From Gemmatimonas sp. (GTDB taxonomy: Bacteria > Gemmatimonadota > Gemmatimonadetes > Gemmatimonadales > Gemmatimonadaceae), in contig JANNVQ010000001.1 of assembly GCA_031414535.1 (NCBI GenBank), positions 1-64,000 on the forward strand: DNA of 64,000 nucleotides, written 5' to 3'. Below, piece after piece: positions 1 through 7,125 of the stretch. The notes beneath the pieces are model-generated. The model was not told the DNA's origin. It saw only the letters and a list, made by a program, of their open reading frames with translations, and searched no databases. The first letter of the stretch is position 1; every line of letters starts with the position of its first letter. The position numbers and the translations under genes were made by a program.

Positions 1-84
1 CTCGGCTCCATCTTGTTGAAAGGTTCGCCGAGGCCCCACAACCGCATTTTATGGGAGCGCTCGCAGCAGAAGCAAACGTTATGT
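1..84 (+). repeat. attC-like site, right half (left half beyond the window edge)
   Basis: Ends ...GCAGCAGAAGCAAAC-GTTATGT (R' at 78-84), like the 3' arms of the sites at 1931 and 5386. Inner arm CCCACAACCGC (35-45) is complementary to GCGGTTGTGGG in the sibling left arms. Confidence 0.8.
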
Positions 85-105
85 CGACACCGGGACCCTT
101 TCGCG

Positions 106-840
106 ATGCCTCACGCTGTTGAACAGCTTTGGTCTCGTCACGCACCTGAGCAGGGCTATCCGGCCGGTGTCGTCGCGGTACCAAAGCCCATACCAGGCAT
201 CGCGTTCTTTCCCGGCGGGTACGGACTTTGGCGTCCCGACCCGATGCAGCCGCTCCCGCAGTTACCCGTTGGCGGAGTCATGGTGCTCGGGCACGACTTC
301 CATTCGGTCGCCGGTTACAACGCCTCCTTAGAACATGGCCGCGAGTCCGAGAAGCAGCCCACGTGGGGGCACATGCTTCGGCTTTTTCGGCGTGTTCCTG
401 TCGTTCTAGAAGAGTGCTTCTTCACGAACGTCTATATGGGACTGAGAGTGGAAGGAAAGACAGGTCCATTCCCCGGAGCCGAGAGCGCTTCCTTCGTCGC
501 GCATTGCGTTGATTTCCTCCGACAGCAGTTATCAGAGCAGCGGCCGTCCTTGGTTATCACGCTTGGTCTGAATGTTCCGCCTCTTCTCTCTCGTGTATCG
601 GGCGATCTTAGCGGATGGACGGAGCGAATGAGCATCAAGGAGTTGGACGCATCCGGTTCGTTGAGAGAATCCGTTGCTATCTCGGGCATCCGCAATTTCT
701 CTACCACTGTCGCGGCGCTCGTGCATCCGTCGCTCCGCAATGGCAACGTTCGCTTCCGACGGTATCGCGGCCACACGGGCGACGCCGCTGAAGTTGCGCT
801 GCTAAGAGACGCGCTGGAATCACGCGCGCGTGCGATGTAG
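106..840 (+). CDS. Uracil-DNA glycosylase superfamily protein (cassette gene)
   Basis: Motifs VLGHDF, FFTN, LVITLG and LVHPS follow the UDG-fold order. The ATG at 106 is downstream of the attC R', whereas the ORF-track start at 13 lies inside the attC. Confidence 0.7.
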   Translation: MPHAVEQLWSRHAPEQGYPAGVVAVPKPIPGIAFFPGGYGLWRPDPMQPLPQLPVGGVMVLGHDFHSVAGYNASLEHGRESEKQPTWGHMLRLFRRVPVVLEECFFTNVYMGLRVEGKTGPFPGAESASFVAHCVDFLRQQLSEQRPSLVITLGLNVPPLLSRVSGDLSGWTERMSIKELDASGSLRESVAISGIRNFSTTVAALVHPSLRNGNVRFRRYRGHTGDAAEVALLRDALESRARAM

Positions 841-1928
841 AGTCAACTTTGAAGTGCACCGTTGAAGGTCATGCAGCATAGATCTCCTCCGGAGTTCTGA
901 AGCCCAGCCGCTTACGGGGGCGGCGGTTGAGTGTGTCCGCGATGCGTTGGCACTCGTCCTGCGTGAGCCCCGCCATCGAGCGACGCTTCGGCAGGTACTG
1001 ACGGATGAGGCCGTTCGCGTTCTCATTGCTGCCCCGCTCCCACGAATGATGGGGCGTTGCGAAGTAGCACTTGGTGTCGACGACGGCCTCGAGCTTCTCA
1101 TAGCCGTGGAACTCTGTGCCGTTGTCGAGTGTGAGCGTGCGCACCGGCCGCGGCTGCGCGTCGATGAGCTGACGGAGTCGCGCGTTCGTCGCAGGCGTTT
1201 GGCGTGAGTCGAGCTGTCCAATGGCGATGAACCCAGACTTCCGCTCGACCAGCGTGAGGATGCACGCGGTGTCCGTCGTGCTGCCCATCACCGTGTCGCC
1301 TTCCCAGTGGCCGAAGCGCGAACGATTCTCGGCGCCCGCCGGCCGCGTCGAGATGTGCCGCTTCCCCGCCAGGCGCCCGCGACTGTCGTACGTGCCGTAA
1401 CGCTTCCGCAGGTTCTTGGTCATCACGCGCAGATGCGTGTAGAGCGTGCCACCATTCTCGCGGTCGGTATGGATGTGCCGGTAGATCGTCTCGTGGCTGA
1501 TCGCGAGGAGGTCGAATCGCTGGCACCAGCCGACGATCTGCTCCGGGCTCCAGTCCTCGCGGATCCAGTACTCGACGAACGCCCACTCCTCGGCCGTGAA
1601 CTGCGCGTTGCGACGCGAGACCCGGCGGCGCTCATTCGTATACGACTGGGCCTTATCGACCCAGTACGTGCGGCCGTCGGTGCGCCATGCGTTGCGGCGG
1701 ACCTCGCGGCTGATCGTGCTGGGCGCGCGCTGCAGCTCTCGGGCGATTGCGGCGGAGGAGTAGCCGAGCTTCCGCAACGCGGAAATGGCGTACCTTTCTT
1801 CGTGGGTGATCTGGGCGTAGGTCATGGCTGCCTTTCTCTTGGCGGAGGATTGAAGCCTAGCCTGCCCCAGGTCACCTCACCCACTTTCGGGTGCGGCAAC
1901 GGCGGTGCACTTAGTATGTGAATGCGCG
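836..1928 (-). mobile_element. IS30-family insertion sequence
   Basis: Imperfect ~26 bp terminal IRs TGTAGAGTCAACTTTGAAGTGCACCG (836-861) and CGGTGCACTTAGTATGTGAATGCGCG (1903-1928) flank a transposase. Exact ends are approximate. Confidence 0.85.
869..1825 (-). CDS. IS30-family transposase
   Basis: N-terminal HTH (IARELQRAPSTISRE), WSPEQI, GHWEGDT, DNGTEF, WERGSNENANGLIRQY, NRRPRKRLG. Confidence 0.95.
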   Translation of the reverse strand: MTYAQITHEERYAISALRKLGYSSAAIARELQRAPSTISREVRRNAWRTDGRTYWVDKAQSYTNERRRVSRRNAQFTAEEWAFVEYWIREDWSPEQIVGWCQRFDLLAISHETIYRHIHTDRENGGTLYTHLRVMTKNLRKRYGTYDSRGRLAGKRHISTRPAGAENRSRFGHWEGDTVMGSTTDTACILTLVERKSGFIAIGQLDSRQTPATNARLRQLIDAQPRPVRTLTLDNGTEFHGYEKLEAVVDTKCYFATPHHSWERGSNENANGLIRQYLPKRRSMAGLTQDECQRIADTLNRRPRKRLGFRTPEEIYAA

Positions 1929-1930
1929 CG

Positions 1931-2009
1931 GTATAACGACGCTTGCTGCCGATGAGCGCCGGTGCGGTAGCGGTTGTGGGAGCGCTCGCAGCAGAAGCAC
2001 ACGTTATGT
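1931..2009 (+). repeat. attC-like site (79 bp, internally shortened)
   Basis: GTATAAC...GTTATGT core sites; L'' GCTT[G]CTGC pairs with L' GCAGAAGC, leaving one extrahelical G. Confidence 0.85.
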
Positions 2010-2139
2010 CGACCGGGATTCAGAGGAAAAGCGCAGCCAACTTTCCCAGCTTCATCGTGATGCGTGTGGGCTGGCTTGTCCCCTCATCAGCTCCGGCTAT
2101 TCACGCCACCCGAATGACTCGGCATTCCCGCGGCAGGAC

Positions 2140-2652
2140 TCACCGCGGAAGGACGGGCTGGACGCGGCGAATGGCCGTCATAGGAAGGCGCGCGCCGCCG
2201 TGATATTCCACGATGCCCTCCATCACTCGACCGTTGTCGGTCAACCGCGCGAGAAATCTCACATCGCCCTCCCGCGAGGCAACGACCATACGGACGGAGT
2301 CTCCATCAACGGTGAGCACGCGTATTGCCAATGTGTTCGTCAGGTACATCGTGATCGAGCCAGCCCACCCCTGTTCCACCGGGCCGATTGCGAAGAAGCC
2401 GGGGGACGACCTCTCACCCGCACGCATCGTGAAGTCCCATATTCCCTGCAAGTCGACGCCGCCGCTTTGCGTGGCAGCACCCGCGCTGGTCTGCGCGGGG
2501 GGCGTAACGGGCGCAGTAGATCGCGTTGACTGCGCGCTGGCGGTCCCAGAAGCGAGCAGGATGGCGGCCAGTGCCGCGAGCGCTTGGCAACACCGTCGGC
2601 AGTTGTTTCTGAGCAGGGTCCCGGCAGACGTCGCGTTACAATCCTTGAGCAT
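2140..2652 (-). CDS. Hypothetical secreted protein (start uncertain), antisense to the array
   Basis: Signal-like ALAALAAILLASGTASAQ, Pro/Thr linker, then a beta-rich domain. Confidence 0.6.
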   Translation of the reverse strand: MLKDCNATSAGTLLRNNCRRCCQALAALAAILLASGTASAQSTRSTAPVTPPAQTSAGAATQSGGVDLQGIWDFTMRAGERSSPGFFAIGPVEQGWAGSITMYLTNTLAIRVLTVDGDSVRMVVASREGDVRFLARLTDNGRVMEGIVEYHGGARLPMTAIRRVQPVLPR

Positions 2653-2835
2653 AGTATTCTCTGGGTTGCGAGTTCAGCTCCGAAACGACTCGTCCTAGCT
2701 GATCCTCAGACTGACGCATAGACAGAGCCAGAGTTTCACACTGCCCTCGTACGCGCGCTGCGCACATCTCAACCGGATCGGGGCCTGTGGCTATTGTCAC
2801 GCACGCGCTATGAACCTTCCGTGATCGCGGCTGCG

Positions 2836-2888
2836 GCATAACGACGCTTGCTGCCGACGAGCGCGGGGGCGGTAGCGGTTGTGGGCCC
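2836..2888 (+). repeat. attC-like left half only
   Basis: GCATAACGACGCTTGCTGCCGACGAGCGC...GCGGTAGCGGTTGTGGG is near-identical to the left arm at 1931. No right arm follows; the TetR stop codon comes next. Confidence 0.8.
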
Positions 2889-2893
2889 TGAGT

Positions 2894-3487
2894 TCAGGGG
2901 GTTGACGCACCACCGGGCAAGGCCGCCAGGAAGTAGAAGTCGAGCATCGCGCCCAGCGGCGCGGCACTGCCGAGGAGTCTACTGCGCAGCGCAGCCCCTT
3001 CCCAGCAGTTCACCAGCAGGCCGGCGAGTTGCAGAACGTCCGCGTCTTCAGGAAGGTCGCCCTGGTCGCGGGCTTGCTCCATGCAGACGACGATTCGGTC
3101 CTGGATTGCAGTAAAGCACGCCTCGATCTTCTGGCGGAACACCGGGCTCACGCCGGACAACTCCTGCCCGAGCCCGCCCAGCAGGCAGCCCATGTATCCC
3201 TCCGTCCGGTAGCTCTCCCGCGTCAGCTCGAAGAACCCGCGCACCCGCGCCAGAGGCGGGCAACGCAGGTCGCCGAGGCATGCGTCGAGGCCGGCATGCA
3301 CCTGCTGCATGTACTGGTCCACGACCTGGAGACCAAAGTCTTCCTTGTCTCGGAAGTGATGATAGAACGACCCTTTCGGAAGCCGCGTCGCGTCGAGCAC
3401 GGCCTGGATGCCAAGGTCATGGTAGCCATGCTTGAGGAGCATGGCCTGACCGGCATCCAGGAGTCGCTGCTTGGTGGTGTGTGTCAA
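2894..3487 (-). CDS. TetR-family regulator, NemR-like
   Basis: TetR HTH (PKGSFYHHFRDKE), GCLLG motif, WEGA C-terminal motif. Confidence 0.9.
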   Translation of the reverse strand: MTHTTKQRLLDAGQAMLLKHGYHDLGIQAVLDATRLPKGSFYHHFRDKEDFGLQVVDQYMQQVHAGLDACLGDLRCPPLARVRGFFELTRESYRTEGYMGCLLGGLGQELSGVSPVFRQKIEACFTAIQDRIVVCMEQARDQGDLPEDADVLQLAGLLVNCWEGAALRSRLLGSAAPLGAMLDFYFLAALPGGASTP

Positions 3488-3509
3488 TTGGGCAACGTGC
3501 GGGTGATGA

Positions 3510-3893
3510 TTACTTAGTCATCTCTATCATGTGATCGATGACCAGGCTGTGCTCACGCTGCGGACTGAACATCACGATCTCCGCGTCTGCGTCGACCTTG
3601 ACATTGTGTCCGGCCGGCCAATGGAACAAGTCGTTGGCGCGCACCGTCTCCTGCCCTCCATCCTCGTCCGTTGTCGTGAGCTGCCCCTTCATCACGAAGC
3701 CCCAGTGCGGGCACTGGCACTGGTCGTGCTCAAGTCCCTGAAACAGCGGGGTGGTGTCAACACCGGCCGACAAGGTGAAGTACTCCCCGCTGATCGCGTC
3801 GAATCCGCGCACGGTTCCGAACCCGGTGCGCTGCCGAATCACCGCACCCGGGATCTCCATTCGCACGTCCACGTCGTCCTTGGCTACTCGCAT
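3510..3893 (-). CDS. Cupin-domain protein
   Basis: CQCPHWGFVMKG and HWPAGH cupin motifs; ATG at 3893 preferred. Confidence 0.8.
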   Translation of the reverse strand: MRVAKDDVDVRMEIPGAVIRQRTGFGTVRGFDAISGEYFTLSAGVDTTPLFQGLEHDQCQCPHWGFVMKGQLTTTDEDGGQETVRANDLFHWPAGHNVKVDADAEIVMFSPQREHSLVIDHMIEMTK

Positions 3894-3926
3894 GAGGCTA
3901 CCCTCGTCACTCGGGAAGTACTGCAG

Positions 3927-3944
3927 ATAGACCAATCGGTCTAT
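3927..3944. promoter_or_regulatory. NemR-type operator
   Basis: Palindrome ATAGACC-AATC-GGTCTAT matches the TAGACC-N4-GGTCTA NemR box and sits upstream of cupin-tetR. Confidence 0.8.
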
Positions 3945-3949
3945 TCCTG

Positions 3950-3978
3950 ACCCTACCCCCTGAAACCGCCGATGTCAA
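3950..3978 (-). promoter_or_regulatory. Sigma70 promoter for cupin-tetR
   Basis: Minus strand TTGACA (3978-3973)-N17-TAGGGT (3955-3950), immediately upstream of the operator. Confidence 0.65.
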
Positions 3979-4269
3979 GTGGAGTTCTCAGGCGTTTCGT
4001 GGATACTGCTAACCTCATCCGTCTCACGAGAGGGCATGCCAGCGTCGCATGGTTCGAGCAAGACCTACGCTACGCTCGCACCAGTGATTAGCGACCTTCA
4101 GCAGCGTCAGCTTGGCGACCGCAGAATGTTCTCGAAGCTGACTCACGCAATTGTTATTGCGCGAAACTTGATGGCTCACGGAGGAACAATGTCCGAATCG
4201 GTTCTGAACGTTGCCTGCAAGAACGGTCTTGAGCTCATTCCTCCGGTCGCTGCCCTTGCACAAGCCTAA
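3979..4269 (+). pseudogene. C-terminal fragment of a HEPN-motif protein (cassette remnant)
   Basis: RNLMAHG (Rx4H) motif, lower GC than flanks, no credible start, ends just before the attC at 4292. Confidence 0.5.
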
Positions 4270-4291
4270 ACCCTATTTCAGTTGCGAGGCG

Positions 4292-4386
4292 CCATAACGA
4301 CGCTTGCTGCCGACAGTCACGCTCTTGTAGCGGCCGCTGCGCAGCCGCATTTTATGGAGCGTCCACAGCAGTAGCACACGTTATGG
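4292..4386 (+). repeat. attC-like site (95 bp)
   Basis: CCATAAC and GTTATGG are perfectly complementary cores; arms GCTT[G]CTGC and GCAGTAGC. Confidence 0.85.
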
Positions 4387-4673
4387 CGACCGAACCGACA
4401 TCAATGCAGTACATGGTGATTGAGCATTTCCGCGGCGGGAATCCCTCGCCCGTTTACGCGCGCTTCCGGTCGCACGGGCGGCTCGCGCCCGAGGGGCTCA
4501 CGTACGTGAACAGCTGGGTGACCGACGATCTGACGACGTGCTATCAGGTCATGGAGTGCACGGACCGCGCGTTGCTCGACGAATGGATGCGCGCCTGGGC
4601 GGACTTGGTGGAGTTTGAGGTCGTGCCGGTGATTAGTTCGCCCGAAGCAGCCGCCCGTGTGCCGGCGCCCTGA
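4383..4673 (+). CDS. DUF3303-family protein (cassette gene; start may be 4404)
   Basis: YMVIEHF...GRLAPEGLTYVNSWV...CYQVMEC...WADLVEFEVVPV. Confidence 0.8.
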   Translation: MATEPTSMQYMVIEHFRGGNPSPVYARFRSHGRLAPEGLTYVNSWVTDDLTTCYQVMECTDRALLDEWMRAWADLVEFEVVPVISSPEAAARVPAP

Positions 4674-4750
4674 CGGCGGTTGGCGCAGATGGCCGTGCTA
4701 GAGAAGCGGGGCGGCGGCCCCGCACATTATTGCACAACCTGACGTTATGG
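4668..4750 (+). repeat. attC-like site of a different sequence type, R'' mutated
   Basis: CCCTGAC-GGC-GGTT[G]GCGCA ... TGCAC-AACC-TGAC-GTTATGG has the same spacing and extrahelical G as the other sites. AAC is changed to GAC. Confidence 0.6.
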
Positions 4751-4961
4751 CGACTTTGGTGATAGACCGGCTTTAAACCGAGGATGCTGACAGCATGAGC
4801 CTCTTCGCTTCGTCCCGCACCTGCTCCTCGGCGGGCGCATCGTGAGCGGCAACCTGTTGTTCTCTGTGCTCGGCGCCGTGGGCCTTGCGCCATCCTGGTC
4901 GTACCTCGACGACGCCGATGCGCCCGCCCACAAGGCGTCGGCTGGATTCGGTCGGCGCGCA

Positions 4962-5002
4962 GGCTAACGATGCTTACTGCTGATGAACGCGGGTGCGGCG
5001 GC
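4962..5002 (+). repeat. attC-like left half only
   Basis: GGCTAACGATGCTTACTGCTGATGAACGCGGGTGCGG resembles the left arms at 1931 and 2836. A short upstream ORF (4842-4967) stops at the TAA of this core. Confidence 0.7.
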
Positions 5003-5369
5003 AGGCCGCACCGTGGACCACGACACCGCTCTTGCTCGCGTCGTCTTCCGCGCCGAAGTCTTCCGTGGCCTCGATGCGCTAGCGGCCGTCGGCGGGCTCG
5101 ACGCGCTGAGCCAGCCGGCCGAACTCGACCGCCTCAAGACCTTCCTCGGCTGGGCGCTGCCCTCCACAGTGCTCTCCAGTGTCGTCGCAGCGGAGCTCAC
5201 GGCCGGCGCGCGCACACCGAAGGCACTCGACGCGCTCAACGACGCGTTGCTCGCGTGTCAGGCGCGTGAGCACGGATGGACAATCGTCACGCGCGATGCG
5301 GACTTTGGCGCGCTGCGCCGATCCATCAGCGGCCTCAAGGTCGCGGCGCCGTTCCCCGCCCGTCCGTAG
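5003..5369 (+). pseudogene. Deleted or fused VapB-like antitoxin and PIN (VapC-like) toxin remnant
   Basis: The C-terminus LSSVVAAELTAGAR...NDALLACQAREHGWTIVTRDADF is PIN-like, but the N-terminal DTN motif and central helices are absent. The ORF-track ATG (4983) lies inside an attC half. Confidence 0.6.
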
Positions 5370-5385
5370 AATCCGGCGCGCGCCT

Positions 5386-5522
5386 GTATAACGACGCTTG
5401 CTGCGGTCAGCCGCGGGTAAGGATGCAGTTGTGAGGCGCCCGCGCTATTGTTTATGAGACGTCCTGCGGCCGCCCCACAACTGCTTTTATGGAAGCGTCC
5501 ACCGCAGAAGCAAACGCTAGTT
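5386..5522 (+). repeat. attC-like site (137 bp), R' core GTT changed to GCT
   Basis: GTATAACGACGCTTGCTGC...GCAGAAGCAAAC-GCTAGTT; inner arms GCAGTTGTG and CACAACTGC. Confidence 0.8.
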
Positions 5523-5553
5523 TGACAAAGGCCACCATCCGTGAGGTGTCACA

Positions 5554-5754
5554 GTGAACCATCAACAACGCCGGATTGTCCTCGCAGTTTGCTTCGGCAT
5601 GGTCATCGGACCCGTATTAGGTCCACGGCTCGGTGACTTGGTGGTCGCTCAGTTCGGCGACGGTGCCGTCTGGCAGGTGCTGCCGTGGCTCCTTCTCGCG
5701 GCCATCTTCGTGTTCTTGCTGCATCGCATCAAGCGCGTGCCGCCCACCGCGTAG
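5554..5754 (+). CDS. Small two-TM membrane protein
   Basis: GAGG RBS upstream; two hydrophobic segments. Confidence 0.6.
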   Translation: MNHQQRRIVLAVCFGMVIGPVLGPRLGDLVVAQFGDGAVWQVLPWLLLAAIFVFLLHRIKRVPPTA

Positions 5755-5783
5755 TAGCCTCGCCGACGCGGAGCGCGCGACCC

Positions 5784-6023
5784 ATGCCTCGCGGTGAGCC
5801 GAAGCCCACGACGCTCAGGCGCGCCTCCACGCTGAGCGACGAACAGCAGGCGCGCGTCCGGAGCCTGCTCGAGCCGCTGTGCACGCCGCACGCCGATCCG
5901 AAGGTGCGCGCGAAGCTCCAGTATGTCTATCGCTTCGAGGGACCGGCGGTGGTGTTCTTCGAGCGCCGCCCGCACTTCGAGACCGGCGAGTGGTTCTCGA
6001 GAATGGTTCGCGGGCGTGCTTAG
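5784..6023 (+). pseudogene. Truncated DUF3024-like protein
   Basis: VRAKLQYVYRFEGPAVVFFERRP...GEW, then an abrupt end where it meets the convergent gene. Confidence 0.5.
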
Positions 6024-6520
6024 CGCACTGGGATCGGCGCCGCGGGACTCGACTTCGTGAGCAAGGTAGTCCGCCGCGAGCCACCCGACTCGAACCGGAC
6101 AACGTTGACCTGATCGGTGTGCAGTTCGGTCAGCAACAGACTCGAGAGCCGTACCGGTGCGCGCGCGCCACTCCCCTCGGCGCGGTAGCAGACCAGATAG
6201 ACGTCGCGCACGCGCTCGATGCCGCAGCTCCGCAGCGGGAGCGTATTCCCCGCTGCATCGGTCACGACGACCCGCTGCTGGACGTAGCGATCACCCTCGT
6301 CGGCACGGACGGAGGAATCGCTCGGCGCTGCGTGACCTGCGAAGGCCGCCACACTCGCGGAGAAGTCGTCGGCGAAGATGCGGATCCGGAGTTCGATCGC
6401 GTTCCGCTCGACGGTCGCGACCGTGAGGGTGCTGTGGATCTCGTGCCGCACGGCCGCGGGCCGCGCGATCGGCGTCTCCGCCGTGCCGATGAGCAGCGTC
6501 GCCACGAGTAGGGTAATCAC
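6020..6520 (-). CDS. Secreted protein, DUF6702-like
   Basis: GTG at 6520 overlaps the upstream TGA; signal peptide, HEIHSTLT, IRIFADD, DQVNVV. Confidence 0.7.
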   Translation of the reverse strand: MITLLVATLLIGTAETPIARPAAVRHEIHSTLTVATVERNAIELRIRIFADDFSASVAAFAGHAAPSDSSVRADEGDRYVQQRVVVTDAAGNTLPLRSCGIERVRDVYLVCYRAEGSGARAPVRLSSLLLTELHTDQVNVVRFESGGSRRTTLLTKSSPAAPIPVR

Positions 6521-7122
6521 GGAAGCCGATCCCAGGCCCAGACGGTGGCGATGAGTGTGACCGCAGCGGAGACACCGGCCAGCCGGATCTGGAACGGGGC
6601 GACGCGTGTGATGCCGCCGGAGCGCAGCCGTCCGATCAGGCGATCCAGCGCCACGAAGGCGAGTGCCGCCGCGAGGAGCACGGTCACCTGCCCCAGTTCG
6701 ACACCGAGGTTGAAGCCGAGGAGCGGGAGGGTGATGTCGTCCACGAGAAGACTGCGCAGGTAGCCGGCGAAGCCAGCGCCGTGCACGAGCCCGAAGAGGA
6801 GCGCGAAGACGGGTCGGTGGCGCGCGGTACTCCCGGCCGCGGCGCGCTCCCGCAGAACGAGATTCTCGATCCCCGTCGCGACAATTGTGACCGGGATCAG
6901 GAACTCCACCCACGCCGACGGCACCGCGAGCCGGCCGGTGACGGCGAGCGCGAGCGTCAGCGAATGCCCGATGGTGAAGGCGGTGATCACCGCGAGTGCG
7001 GCTCGCCAGTCTCGCGGCCGGTAGATCGCGGCCAAGGCGAGCAGGAAGAGGATGTGGTCGGCGCCACCGACAGCGACGATGTGCCGGAATCCGAGTTCGA
7101 GGTAGGCGGCGAGGTCTCCCAT
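6517..7122 (-). CDS. HupE/UreJ-family membrane protein
   Basis: LGFRHI...DHILFLLAL, TAFTIGHSLTL, FGLVHGAGFA, GFNLGVELGQ. Confidence 0.9.
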   Translation of the reverse strand: MGDLAAYLELGFRHIVAVGGADHILFLLALAAIYRPRDWRAALAVITAFTIGHSLTLALAVTGRLAVPSAWVEFLIPVTIVATGIENLVLRERAAAGSTARHRPVFALLFGLVHGAGFAGYLRSLLVDDITLPLLGFNLGVELGQVTVLLAAALAFVALDRLIGRLRSGGITRVAPFQIRLAGVSAAVTLIATVWAWDRLP

Positions 7123-7125
7123 CGG

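Noticed and set aside
1..5522. CRISPR array interpretation of the repeats
   Set aside because: Repeats are 80-140 bp imperfect palindromes separated by gene-sized spacers, and no cas genes are present.
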